Source: Octopus bimaculoides
Lineage: Eukaryota
Reading direction: 5' to 3'
Assembly: GCF_001194135.2 (NCBI RefSeq)
Contig: NC_068983.1
Coordinates: forward strand, 146,863,879-146,926,677
Length of the DNA stretch: 62,799 bases
A program made the position numbers and the translations under genes. Shown piece by piece: positions 42,501 through 56,620 of this stretch. The notes beneath the pieces are model-generated. The model was not told the DNA's origin and searched no databases. It saw only the letters and a program-made list of their open reading frames with translations. The first letter of the stretch is position 1, and each line of letters begins with the position of its first letter.

Positions 42501-45500
42501 TACCTTCGTTCGTACTCACGTTCGTACGTACATACGTTCATTCGTTCGTACGTACGTACGTTTGAACGATCGTTCGTTCGGTCTTTCGTTCATTCATTCT
42601 TTCGTTCGTATTTTCTTTAGTTCGTTCGTACGTACGTACGTACGTTCGTTCGTTCGTTCGTTCGTTCTTACTTACATACGTTCGTTCGTTTGTTCGTTCT
42701 TTCTTTCTTTCCTTCGTTCGTTCGTACGAACGTACGTACGTTAGTTCGTTCGTTCGTATGTACGTACGTACATACGTATGTTCTTTCGTTCGTACGTACG
42801 TACGTAGTACGTTCGTTCATTCGTTCGTACGTACCTACGTTCGGATGCACGTTCGTTCGTTCGTTCCTACGTACGTATGTTCGAATGATCGTTCGTTCGG
42901 TCTTTTGATCATTCATTCTTTCGTTCGTATTTTCTTTAGTTCGTTCGTATTTTCTTTCTTTTCTTCGTTCGTTCGTACGTACGTTCCTTTGTTTGTTTAT
43001 TCTTATGTACATACTTTCGATCAGCCTTTCGTTCGTTCGTTCCTTCGTACGTTCGTTCGTACATACGTACGTTCGTTCGTACGTACGTACGTTCATTTGT
43101 TCGTTCGTACGTACGTACGTACGTTTGAACGATCGTTCGTTTGGTCTTTCGTTCATTCATTCTTTCGTTTGTATTTTCTTTAGTTCGTTCTTACGCACGT
43201 ACGTACGTTTGTTCGTTCGTTCGGTCGTTCTTACATACCTACGTTCGTTCTTTTGTTCGTTCTTTCTTTCTTTCTTTCGTTCGTTCGTTCGTACGTACGT
43301 ACGTTAGCTCGTTCGTTCGTATGTACGTACTACGTTCGATTGTGCGTAAGTTTGTACGTACGTACGTTCATCCGTTCTTTCGTTCGTTCATTCTTACCTA
43401 TGTACGTACTACATACGTATATTCGTTCGTTCGTACGTACGTACATAGTACGTTCGTTCATTCGTACCTACGTTCGGACGTACGTTTGGATGCACGTTCG
43501 TTCTTTCGTTCGTTCTTACGTACGTACGTTCGTTCGTTCGTTCGTTCGTTCGTTTGTTTGTTTTTTCCTTCGTACGTACGTATGTTCATTCGATCGTTTG
43601 TTCGTTCGTGCGTTCATTCTTTCGTTCGTTCGTTCGTTCTTACGTACTTGCGTACGTACATTATTTTGTTCGTTCGTTCTTTCGTTCTTTCCTGCTTTTG
43701 TTCCTTTGTTCGTTATTTCGTTCGTGCATACAAACGTACGTTTATTCTTTTATTTGTTCTTTTGTACGTACTAACGTTCTTTCGTTAGTGTGTTCATTCT
43801 TCTGTTCGATCGTTCTTTTGTTCTTTCGTTCGTTCGTTCGTTCGTACGTACGTACGTACGTGAGATCGTTCGTTCTATCGTTCGTACGATCGTTCGTTCT
43901 TTCTTACGTTCGTATTTACGTACGTTCGTTCATTCGTTCGTTCCTTTTAACGTACGGACTTACGTTCGTTCGTTCTTTCGTTGGTTGGTTGTTTGGTTCG
44001 TTGGTTGGTTTCTTCGCTCGTTCGTTCTTAATTACGTGAGTTCGTTCGTTCGATCTTCCGTTCGTCCTACGTTCGGAATTACGTACATTCGATCATTCGT
44101 TCGTTCGTTCATTCGTACGTACTTACGAACGTTTAATCGTTCGTTCGTTCGTACGTACATATGTACGTTTGTTCGTTCGTTCGTTCGTTCGGTCGGTCGT
44201 TCGTACATACGTACGTTCGGTCGGTCGTACGTACATACGTAGGTACGTTCGACCATTCTTTCGTTCGGTCGGTCGTTCGTTCTTACGTACGTACTTTCGT
44301 ACGTACTTACGTTCGTACGTACTTACGTTCGTACGTTAGTTCCTTCTTTTTTTGTTCGATCATTCTTACGTACGTACGTACGAACGTTCGTTCGTTCGTT
44401 AGTACTTACGTACGTTCGTTCGTTCGTTCGTTCTTTCGTTTGTTCATTCGTACGTACGTACGTACGTTCGTTCATTCGTTCGTTCCTAAGATCGTTCGTT
44501 CGTACTTAAGTTCGTTTTTTCGTTCGTTCGTACGTATGTAAGTACGTTCGTTCGTTCATTCGTTCGTTCGTACGTACTTAAGTTCGTTCGTCCGTTCGTT
44601 CGTTCTTTTCTTCGTTCTTTCGTTCGTTCATACGTACGTACGTACCTGAGTTCGTTCGTTCGATCGTTTGTTCGTTCGTTCGTTAGTTTTTCGTTCGTCC
44701 GTTCGTTCGTTATTTTTTTGTTCTTTCGTTCGTTCATACGTACGTACGTACGTACCTGAGTTCGTTCGTTCGATCGTTCGTTCGTTCGATCGTTCGTTCG
44801 TTCGATCGTTCGTTCGTTCGTTCGTACGTTCGTACTTACGTACGTTTGTTCATTCGTTCGATCGTTCGTTCGTTCGTTCGTTCTTTCGTTGGTTGGTTGT
44901 TTGGTTGGTTGCTTGGTTCGTACTTTCCTTTTTTCCTACGTACGTGAGTTCGTTCGTTCGATCGTTCGTTCGTCCTACGTTCTTACTTACATACGTTTGT
45001 TCATTCGTTCGTTCGTTCTTTCTTTCTGTTGTTCGTTCGTTCGTTCGTTCGTACGTACGTACGTAATTACGTTCGCTCGTTCGTTCGATCGTTCGTTAGT
45101 TCGTACGTAAGCAGTTACGTTCGTTCGTTAGTTCGTTTGTTCTGTCATTCATTCGTTCGTTTGCACGTTCGAAAGATCGTTCGTTCGTTTGCTCTTTCTT
45201 TCGTACGTTCGTTTGTTCGTTCTTTTGTTCAGTCGTTTTTACGTACGTACGTTCATTCGTTCGATCGTTCTTACGTACGTACGTAAGTTCGTTCGTTAGT
45301 TGATTCTTAGTTTGTACGTACGTACATACGTACGTTTGTTTGTTCGTTCATTCGTTCGTTCTTTCTGTCGTTCTTACGTACGTACGTTCGTTCTTTCGTT
45401 CGTTCTTTCTTTTGTACATTCGTTCTTTCGTTCGTACGTGCGTTCGTTCGTATGTGCGTACGTAATTCGTTCGTTCATTCGTTAAATTATTCGTTCGTTC

Positions 45501-48500
45501 GTTCTTTCGTTCTTAGGTGCATATGTATGGACGTACGTTCATTCGTTCGTACGTACGTACCTACGTACTGATGTACTTTCCTTCCTTTGTTTGTTTGCTC
45601 ATACGTTCTTTTGTTCGTTTGTTCTTTCGTTCGTTCACTCGTTCGTTCGTTCATACGTACGCACGTAGGTACATTCGCTCGTTCTTTCCTTCGTTTGTTC
45701 GTTCATTCGGATGTAGTACGTTCATTCTTACGTAAGTACGAACGAACGAACGATCGAACGAACGAACGAACGTACGTAAGTACGTACGCGCGTACGGACA
45801 TACGACCGAACGAAAGAAAGAACAAAATAATGAATTAAAGAACGAACGAACGAACAAAAGAGTGAAACGTACGACCGAAAGTACGAACGAACGAACGTAC
45901 GTACTAACGAACGAACGAACGTACGTACTAACGAACGAACGAACGAACAAATGAACAAAAGAACGAATGAACAAACAAACCATCGAACGAAAGTACGTAC
46001 GTACATACGTAAGTACATCAGTACGTAGGTACGTACGTACGTTCGTTCGTTTTTCGGTCGTACGTTTCACTATTTTGTTCGTTCGTTCATTCGTTCTTAC
46101 GTACGAATGTTCGTTCGTTCGTTCTTTCATTCGTTATTTCGTTCTTTCTTTCGTTCGGTCGTACGTCCATACGCACGTACGTACTTACGTACGTTCGTTT
46201 GTTCGTTCCTACGTACGTAAGTTCGTTCCTGTGTCAGGACGTACTTACGTAAAAACGTTCTTTCGTTTATTCGTTCATTCGTTTGTTTATTTCTAAGTTC
46301 GTTCGTTCATTCATTCGTTCTTTCGTTTGGACGTACGTACTTTCGTTCGATATTTCTTGCCTACGTACATACGTACGTACGTAGGTTCGTACGTTCGTTC
46401 TTTTGTTCGTTCGTTCGTTCGTTCGTACGTTTGTTCGTTCGGTCATTCGTATGTATGTACGAATGATCCTTCCTTCGTTCGTTCCCTCGTTCTTTCGTTC
46501 GTTTTTCGTTAGCTCGTTCGTACGTACTTACGTACGTACGTATGAACGCTCGAACGAATGAACGAACGAAAGATAAAACGAACTAAAGAACGAACGCAAC
46601 TGCGTACGTACAAAAGAAAGAACGAATGAACAAAAAACGAACGATCGAATGAACGAACGAACGAACGACCGAAAGAACGAAGTAAGGAACGAACGAACGT
46701 ACGTACGTACACAAGAACGAACGAACGAACGAACGAACGAACGTAATAATGTACGAACGTACGAATGAACGATGGAACTAACGAACTCAAGTACGTACGT
46801 ACGTACGTACGTACGAAAGAACGAACGAACGTTCGAAGGTACAAACTAACGAACGTACGTAAGTACGAACGAACGAACGGACGAACGATCAAATGAACGA
46901 ACGCAAGTACGTACGGAAGAACAAGCGAACGAACGAACGAACGAAAGGACGAAAGTACGTACGATCGAACGATCGAACAAACGAAAGAAGAAACGAACGA
47001 ACGTACGTAAATACGCATGTACGTAGGCACGAAATATCGAACGAAAGTACGTACGTGCAAAGGAACGAATGAACGAACGTATGAATAAACGAACGAACGT
47101 ACAAACGAAGGAATGACCAAACGCATGTAAGTACGAACGTACGAACGAACGAACGCACGTCCGTAACTACGTACGTACGAAAGTAAGAACGAACGAACGT
47201 ACGTACGGACGGACGAAAGAACGAACAAACGTACGTACGTACGAACGAACAAGACGTACGAACGAACGAACGAACGAACAAACTAACTAACGTACGTACG
47301 AATGAACGAACGAAAGAACGATCGAACGAACGAAGGTACGTACGTACGAACGAACGAATGTACATCAGTACGTATGTAGGAACGAACAACCGAACGAACG
47401 TACGAACGTACGAAGGAACGTACGAACGAACAAACGTACATAGTACATATGAACGAACGAACGAACGAACGTACGTACGACTGAACGAATGTACGTACAA
47501 ACGAATGAACGATTGAACGAACGTACGTACGTAAGTACGAACGAATGAAGGAACGAACAAACGTAAGTACGTACGAAAGTAAGTGTGCACGAATGTACGA
47601 ACGAACGAACTAACTAACGAACGAAAGAACGAACCAACGATCGAACAAACGTAAGTACTACGAACGTACGAAGGAATGAACGCACGAACTTACGTTCGTA
47701 TGTACGTATGAACGATAGAACGAACGAACGAATGAACATACGTACGTATGTACGTACGTAAGTATGAACGAACGAACGAAAGAACGTACGAGTTAACTAA
47801 CGAACGAAAGTAGGTACGTACGTAAGTCCGAACGTACGAACAAACGAATGAACGTACGTACGTACTTTCAAACGTACGTACGTACTTTCAAACGTACGTA
47901 CGTACGAACGAACGAAATACGTATGTACGTATGAACGAACGAACGAATGTGTATACGTTACGAACGTAAGTACGTACGAATGTACGAACGAACGAACAAA
48001 TTTACGTACGTAAGTACGTACGAATGTACGAACGAACGAACAAATTTACGTACGTAAGTACGTACGAACTATCGAACGAACTAACGAATGAACGAACGTA
48101 CGAAATGACGAACGAACGTACGTACGTAAGTACAGACGAACGAACGAACAAACGTGTACGTACCAAATTACGTACGAACGAACGAACGAACGCATGTACA
48201 TACGATCGTACGTACGACCGAACGAACGAGCAAACGAATGTACGCACGTACAAATGAATGTACGTGCGTACGTACGAACCAACGAAATGAAGGAAGGAAC
48301 GTACGTATGTATGCACGTACATACGTAAGAATGAACGAATGAAGGGAGGAAGGAACGTACGTACGTACGAACGTACGAACGAACGAAAGCATGTACGTAC
48401 GTACATACGAACGATAGAATGCAAGAACGAACGAACGTACGATAGACTGAACGATCGAACAAACGAACAAAAGAACGAACGTACGTACGTACGAACGTAC

Positions 48501-51500
48501 GTACGTACGAACGAACGAACGTACATACGAACGTACGAACGAACGTATGTACGTACGTACGTACGAACGATAGGACGGAAGAACGAACGAACGTACGAAA
48601 GAATGAACGATCGAACAAACGAACAAAAGAACGAAAGAACGAACGAACGTACGAACGACCGAACAATCGAACGAACAAACGTACGTACGTACGTACTAAC
48701 GAACGAACGAACGTACGCACGTAGATACGAATGATAGAACGAACGAACGAACGGACGAACGAAAGAACGAACGAAAGAACGAACGTACGTACGTTCGTAC
48801 GAAATAACGAACGAACGTAGTATGTACGAACGAACATACATACGTACGTACGTACGAACGTACGAACGAACGAATGAACGAAAGAAAAAAGAACGAATTA
48901 ACGAACAAACGTACGCACGTACGTTAGAACAAACTAGTGAGCGTACGTAAGAACGAAGGTACGTACGAATGTCCGTAAGTACGTAAATACGTACGTACAA
49001 ACGAACGAACGAACGAAGGAATGAACGAACGTACGTACGTTAGTACGAACGAATGAAGGAACGAACAAACGTAAGTATGTACGGAATTAAGTACGTACGA
49101 ACGTAAGTAAGTACGAAAGTACGAACTAACGAACGAATGAACAAACTTACATACGAACGATCTAACAAACAAACGAAAGAACGAACGTAAGTACGTATGT
49201 ACGTACGAACGAACGAATGTATGTACGTACTTAAGCACGTACGAACGAATGGGAGAATGAACAAACTAACGAACTTACGTACGACTGAACGAACAAAGGA
49301 ACGAAGGTACGTACGTAAGAACGAACGAACTAACGAACGAACGAACCTACGTACGTACGTATGTACGATCGAACAAACCAAAGATCGTATGTACGTGCAT
49401 ACATACCAAAATACGTGCATACATACCAAGATACGTACGTACATATGAACGAACGCACGAACGAACAAACGAAATATTTAACGGAAGAACGAACGAATGA
49501 ACGAAAGAACGAACGAACGAACGTACGTACATACGTACGTAGGAACGACCGAATGAACGTACGTACAAACGAACGAACGAATGAACAAACGAATGAATGA
49601 ACGAAGTTACGTACGTAAGTACGAACGAATGAATGAACGAACAAACGTAAGTACGTACAAACGAAGGAACGAACGACCGACCGAACGAAAGAACAAAAGA
49701 ACGACAGAACGAACGAACAAACGAACGTACGTACGTACGAACGACCGACCGACCGAACGAACGAACGAACGTACGTACGTATGCACGTACGTACGTACGA
49801 ACGAACGAACGAACGCACGTAGGTACGTAAGAATGACTGAACGAACGAACGAATGAAAGAACGAACGAACGAACGAACGTACGTAATTACTAATGAACGA
49901 ACGATCGAACAAACGTAAGTACGTACGAACGTATGNNNNNNNNNNNNNNNNNNNNNNNNNNNNNNNNNNNNNNNNNNNNNNNNNNNNNNNNNNNNNNNNN
50001 NNNNNNNNNNNNNNNNNNNNNNNNNNNNNNNNNNNNNNNNNNNNNNNNNNNNNNNNNNNNNNNNNNNNNNNNNNNNNNNNNNNNNNNNNNNNNNNNNNNN
50101 NNNNNNNNNNNNNNNNNNNNNNNNNNNNNNNNNNNNNNNNNNNNNNNNNNNNNNNNNNNNNNNNNNNNNNNNNNNNNNNNNNNNNNNNNNNNNNNNNNNN
50201 NNNNNNNNNNNNNNNNNNNNNNNNNNNNNNNNNNNNNNNNNNNNNNNNNNNNNNNNNNNNNNNNNNNNNNNNNNNNNNNNNNNNNNNNNNNNNNNNNNNN
50301 NNNNNNNNNNNNNNNNNNNNNNNNNNNNNNNNNNNNNNNNNNNNNNNNNNNNNNNNNNNNNNNNNNNNNNNNNNNNNNNNNNNNNNNNNNNNNNNNNNNN
50401 NNNNNNNNNNNNNNNNNNNNNNNNNNNNNNNNNNNNNNNNNNNNNNNNNNNNNNNNNNNNNNNNNNNNNNNNNNNNNNNNNNNNNNNNNNNNNNNNNNNN
50501 NNNNNNNNNNNNNNNNNNNNNNNNNNNNNNNNNNNNNNNNNNNNNNNNNNNNNNNNNNNNNNNNNNNNNNNNNNNNNNNNNNNNNNNNNNNNNNNNNNNN
50601 NNNNNNNNNNNNNNNNNNNNNNNNNNNNNNNNNNNNNNNNNNNNNNNNNNNNNNNNNNNNNNNNNNNNNNNNNNNNNNNNNNNNNNNNNNNNNNNNNNNN
50701 NNNNNNNNNNNNNNNNNNNNNNNNNNNNNNNNNNNNNNNNNNNNNGAACAAACGAAAGTACGTACGTACGTGCGGATGAACGAAATAACGAACGAACGGA
50801 TGAACGAACGTACGTAGGTACAACCGAACGATTAATCGAATGACCGAACGACCTAAGTACGTGCGTTCGTAAGTACGTACGTTCGTAAGTACATACGTAC
50901 GAACGAACGATTGAACGAAAGAACGAACGAACGTACGTACGTATTACGTAGGCACAGAATATTGAACGAACGAACGAACGTACGAACGAACGAACGTACG
51001 AACGAGCGAACAAACGTACGTACATATGTACGTACCTACGTACAAACGAACGACCGACCGAACGAACGAAAGAACGACCGAACGAAATGAAAAAACGAAC
51101 GTTCGTACGTACGAACGAACGAAAGAACGAAGGAACGAACGAACGTACGTATGTACGTACGTACATACGAAAGAATGAGCGAATGAACGAATGAACGGAA
51201 GAAGGAACGTACGTACGTACGAACGTAAGAGCGAACGAAAGTACGTACGTACGTATGTACGAAAGATTGACTGAACGAACGAACGAACGAACGAAAGAAC
51301 GAACGAACGAACGAANNNNNNNNNNNNNNNNNNNNNNNNNNNNNNNNNNNNNNNNNNNNNNNNNNNNNNNNNNNNNNNNNNNNNNNNNNNNNNNNNNNNN
51401 NNNNNNNNNNNNNNNNNNNNNNNNNNNNNNNNNNNNNNNNNNNNNNNNNNNNNNNNNNNNNNNNNNNNNNNNNNNNNNNNNNNNNNNNNNNNNNNNNNNN

Positions 51501-52585
51501 NNNNNNNNNNNNNNNNNNNNNNNNNNNNNNNNNNNNNNNNNNNNNNNNNNNNNNNNNNNNNNNNNNNNNNNNNNNNNNNNNNNNNNNNNNNNNNNNNNNN
51601 NNNNNNNNNNNNNNNNNNNNNNNNNNNNNNNNNNNNNNNNNNNNNNNNNNNNNNNNNNNNNNNNNNNNNNNNNNNNNNNNNNNNNNNNNNNNNNNNNNNN
51701 NNNNNNNNNNNNNNNNNNNGAACGAACGAACGTACGTATGTACGTACGTACATACGAAAGAATGAGCGAATGAACGAATGAACGGAAGAAGGAACGTACG
51801 TACGTACGAACGTAAGAGCGAACGAAAGTACGTACGTACGTATGTACGAAAGATTGACTGAACGAACGAACGAACGAACGAAAGAACGAACGAACGAACG
51901 AAAGAACGAACGAACGAACGAATGTACGTACGTAATTACTAAAGATCGATCGATCGAACAAACGTAAGTACGTACGAACGAACGAACGTACGTACGTACG
52001 AACGAACGAACGTACGTACGTACGTATGTACGATCGACCGAACGAACGAACGAACGCACGTTCTTACGTACGAACGAACGTACGTTCTTACGTACGAATA
52101 AACGAACAAACCAACGTAAGTACGTATGAATGTACGAACGAACGAACAATCTTACGTACGTAAGTACGTATGAATGATCGAACGAAGGAACGAATGAACG
52201 AACGCTCGAAATAACGAACGAACGTACGTAAGTACAAACGAACGAGCGAACGAACGCACGTAAATATGTACGTACGTAAGTATGTACGTATGGGAGTATG
52301 TACATACGTAAGTATGTCCGTACGTAAGTACGTACGAACGAACGAACGCATGTACATACGACCGTACGTACGAGCTAACGAACGAACGAAAGAACGAACG
52401 AACGTACGTACGTAGGTAGGTAGGTACGTAGGTACGTACGAACGAACGAACGAACGAGCTCATGGACGAACGAATGAGCTAACGAACGAACGAACGTACG
52501 TACGTACGTATGTCCGAACGAACGAACGAACGATCATGCATATGTATGTACGTACATATGTAAGTACGTATGTACGGACGTATGC
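39553..52585. repeat. ~13 kb CpG-rich tetranucleotide satellite (TTCG / TACG and variants)
   Basis: TTCG polarity 39553-45730 and 46040-46530; AACG polarity 45735-46030 and 46545-52530; internal N-gaps. Confidence 0.97.
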
Positions 52586-52611
52586 ATTTTTTTCACATCA
52601 AATTCAGATAT

Positions 52612-52796
52612 TGTGTTTCACTCATTAGAAAATATATTGAATATTCGTAACTGCAAGTTACACAGCTCACTTTGCAGGGCCACGCTGTACAGTTCCTAGC
52701 CTCTTTCCCGTGCGTAGCGGTATCACGCCTTTTATGCCAGCTCGTTCATCTCTCATCTCATAATTTTCACGTGGCTGCACAAGACTTCCCTTCAGA

Positions 52797-52846
<50 letters not shown>

Positions 52847-52872
52847 TCAGGATACCAAGATTNNNNNNNNNN

Positions 52873-52910
<38 letters not shown>

Positions 52911-52956
52911 TCAGGATACCAAGATTAGCAACCCAGTGCAACTATCACATATCACA
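52612..52956 (-). mobile_element. Probable 3' LTR of the Gypsy element
   Basis: Starts TGTG directly after the purine-rich GAGGTGGAATAA end of pol and ends ...AAACACA; no second LTR in the window to confirm. Confidence 0.45.
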
Positions 52957-54540
52957 TTATTCCACCTCGAAACGTTTTGGCTTTTTACATCCTTCCGCAA
53001 TTCTTGCACTTTGCCCCAGTCGAGGACTTGATGAAATTATCGTATTCGATCTTCGACGGCGAGCATGGCCGATAATAGGCTGCTTTATTTCTTCTATAAC
53101 TCCGGTGTTGGTGTCACGTCTAGCCGGGAGACTTGATATGGTCGTACCGTCACTGTTAGGCATCCTTGCAGACTCAGCGTGAACTATCGTGCCAAGTGTT
53201 GTGTTCAATTCTGGTTGTGCTTCCCGTGAGTTTAGCGGGGCCAGTTGATCGACTGCCATTAACTGCATTGGTTGACATGCGTTGATCCATGCAATATTCT
53301 TTCTGGCATTTATCACATATTTTGATTTAGATGCAATCTTGTCGAACATGCTTTTGTGTTTTACATCCTTACCTATTTCAAAGAATGGGTTTACTACAAC
53401 CTTCAATGGTCGTTTCCTTAACTTTTCGGCCGGTGGTAATTTACAACCACCCGAGGCTTGAACAGAATTGTGTTCAAGTAGTTGCTGAATTTCCCTGTCT
53501 TCGGATCAAAATGCTTCAGTGCAAGCTTTCACAGTTTGTACGGTCCTTTCAACGGCGCCGTTAGAAGCCGGACTGTAAGGAGGTGTCTCAATTTTTCTGC
53601 AACCCATTGATGTCAACATGTTCTTTAACGCAACAGGTTCAAGCTCGTTGTTCGATACTAAAGCTGTGGGCACACCAAAACGAGCGAAGACCTCAAACAG
53701 CTTCTTTTTTACCGCCTCAGTTGAGCGATTAGGACACGAGAATACCTCGATCCATATTGAATAGGCATCTACAATTACAATATGTTACCGATGTTTGGAA
53801 CATATGCTCAATCGATGTGCACACGTTCTCATGGCCCATAAATGGGCCATGAATCATTTGCCTTAACTAAATTTGGCATAACTCTCTAGAAACTATCGCA
53901 AGAGTTGACAAACTTCTCCACCGAGTAAGCTAACCCAGGCCACCAAACACAGAGTAGTGCCTTCTTAATTGTGGAATGCCCATGTGTATGTCGTGTATTT
54001 TAGCTACTATTGCAGCTCTATAAGGTGCCAGAATAAACGGACGACTTTTATGATATATTAAGCCATTTTCGCATATTAAAAAATCCTTCTGTTTAACAAA
54101 TGCACGTTCCAGATTCGAGACCGATCTCCAAATTTGCTTTAAAATTCTTTCTTTTATTTTGTTATATAATGCGTTTTCATTACAAGATCGATATCCTGCC
54201 ACGCACTGTCGCATTTGTCTAAATACGAAGCAAAGAAAATTATATCACCACCGTTAGACTTATTATATCTCAATCGAGAGATAGCATCGACGTGCGGAAT
54301 ACTTTTACTCGGAACATGCTTAACGACGAAATCGTACTGTGATAGAGTCAAACTCCACCTGGCTATTTTTTGCGAAGCACGTCGAGATACATCTAAATCC
54401 TTCGCGAACAGGGTTTTTAAAGGCTGATGATCTGCTTCCAAATAAAACTGATTTCCCAGAAGGAAATGCTGCAGTCTATCTACGCACCATACCACTGCAT
54501 AAGCCTCTCTTTCTATATTCAACCATTTTCGTTGTCCCTG
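52957..54540 (-). mobile_element. Ty3/Gypsy pol remnant (RNase H plus integrase), frameshifted
   Basis: EREAYAVVWCVDRLQHFLLG..DHQPL..ARWSL (RNase H); IHDIHMG..WWPGL (Zn-binding); IVVDAYS..RFGVP..PYSPASNGAVER (integrase core). Confidence 0.92.
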
Positions 54541-54559
54541 GCTAAATGTGTGGCTTATG

Positions 54560-55215
54560 AATGTTACTGGGTGTCCTTCCTAGGATAACACCCCAACTAT
54601 TGCAATCTAGGATGCATCTGTAGCGAGAATGCTTATCTTTTCCATTGAGTACGCTGGGCTCCATGGGATTGAAGATTACCACAGAAACCAATCTCACCAC
54701 AGCGGATTTCTTAGATGTTACACTAGGCTTGAGCTCCGGTACCTACAGGCCCTACGCAGACCAAACGAAAGGCTAACATACATCAACACAACCTCGTGCC
54801 ACCCACTCATCGTGTTCAAGAACCTGGTAAAGGGTGTCAGTAACAGGATTTCGAGCCTTTCCTCTAAACATGAAGCCTTCAACGCAACAGGCCCATACTA
54901 TAACGAGGCCGTAGCTGCCAGTGAGTTCAAGGACCGCATCTCCAACACCCGCAGAAGGAAACGCCGCAGGAATACAATTTGGTTTGCGTCCCCCTTCTCC
55001 CTTAACACTATAACGCCCGTAGGTAGACTCCCACAGGTATGCCCTCATTTTCAACAGGCACGATGTTAGGGTCTCGTTTAGCTGTGTGCCTCTAGCGTTA
55101 AGAGAATATTAACGCACCTAAGCAACCGGAAGATGCTACAATTGGCCAATAGAAGGCCGCTGCGAAACCAAAGGCATAGTCTATCAGGCCGAGGTACGGG
55201 CGAACCCGGCCAATT
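54560..55215 (+). mobile_element. Penelope-like element fragment (RT thumb, linker, start of GIY-YIG region)
   Basis: DFLDVTL..GTYRPY, RPNERLTYINTTSCHP, RKRRRNTIWF, IFNRHDVRVSFSC and C..KGIVYQAEV motifs, split by frameshifts. Confidence 0.85.
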
Positions 55216-55984
55216 TCACCGGCAAGAACCATAACAGCCATAGCAGCTGTAGACACGAAGGCAGAGCCAAAAACAGAACCAACGTCATCCCCCCCCCACA
55301 CACACACCTAAACCACAGCGAACAGCCTTACTAACATCAACAACAGCAACATCTTCAGTGCCCTCTATGTCCCTGACGGCACCGCCACCATTACTAACAC
55401 CGACCACAGTGACGTCGCGTCCAATACCAACCTTACAAATAGCAGACAGGACAGCGTACCCACTGACAGCTCTCATTCCAGCAATGACAGACTAAGCCAT
55501 ATCGACCACAGCATCAGCAGCAGCGCCCCTAACAGACGCACCGGCATAGATGTAGATAATGGTAGCTCTGTTAACGAGAACGGCACCATCAACCCCACCA
55601 ACCGGGGAAAATAGCAATAATAACGATATCCAATATTGTAACACCTTGGGTTACAGTGGTAATATCGACAGCAACCCTTTCACATCCGGTAATAACATGT
55701 TAAGAAAAAACACAAATATTACACTGATTAAGTTTTATTAAAGGTCTTGAATAATTACAAATGTTTATTTTAAGATTTTGAATAATTTACCATTGAAAAT
55801 AATCGGCAAAATTTTTAATGAATATAACTGTTAGAAATTATGTAACGTGTCATATAACGAGTGAATTGATTAATTGTAAAAAAATTATGGAAAGTAAAAG
55901 TTTAAACCGAAGTTGACAAGAAAAATACCTCCTAAAAAAGCTAAAGCAAAAAAATAAAGGCTGCTAACAAATAATTACAGTGTC

Positions 55985-56345
55985 AAATGTTGTTGGCACT
56001 CCGTCGCTTACGACGACGAGGGTTCCAGTTGATCAAATCATTGGAACAGCCTGCTCGTGAAATTAACGTGCACTCCACAGACACGTGTACCCTTAACGTA
56101 GTTCTTGGGGGATATCCAGCGTGACAAGGCTGGCCCTTTGAATTACAGGCACAACAGAAACAGGAAGTTAAGAGTGAGAGAAAGTTGTGGTGAAAGAGTA
56201 CAGCAGGGTTCGCCACCATCCTCTGCCGGAGCGTTGTGGAGCTTTAGGTGTTTTCGCTCAATAGACACTCACGACACTTGGTCTGGGAATCGAAACCGCG
56301 ATCCTATGACCGCGAGTCCGCTGCACGAACCACTGGGCCATAGCG
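55985..56345 (-). mobile_element. tRNA-derived SINE, third family
   Basis: Head GCGCTATGGCCCAGTGGTT...GGTTTCGATTCC followed by non-tRNA body and tail. Confidence 0.65.
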
Positions 56346-56620
56346 CTTCCACAGTGTCAAACATAACTGGTTTTGTCTCATGGACTCTGTTATAGCCAAA
56401 ATTACATACTCTCACAATTTACAGATGATTGCAGTTTCTAGAGAGACGCATGAGTGCGCACGTGTGTATGTGGGCGTGCGTGTGTGTGCATGTGTATGTA
56501 CGTATGTGTGTGTGTGTGCGTGTGTGCGTGTGTGTGTGTGTGTGCGTGCGTGCGTGTTTGTAGGTGTGTACATATGTGTACATGTGTGTTCTCATGTCAG
56601 CAGGATTTCTAAATTTAAAG

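Noticed and set aside
39703-52463. Dozens of long ORFs rich in F/V/R/S/Y/T or N/E/R/T (for example 39805..40983, 49607..51961)
   Set aside because: Translations of the TTCG/TACG satellite, which rarely makes stop codons, often extended through N runs. The array is also not CRISPR: there is no repeat-spacer alternation.
55215-55741. Thr/Asn/Ala-rich short ORFs after the Penelope fragment
   Set aside because: Low complexity with stops in every frame and no domain or splice signals.
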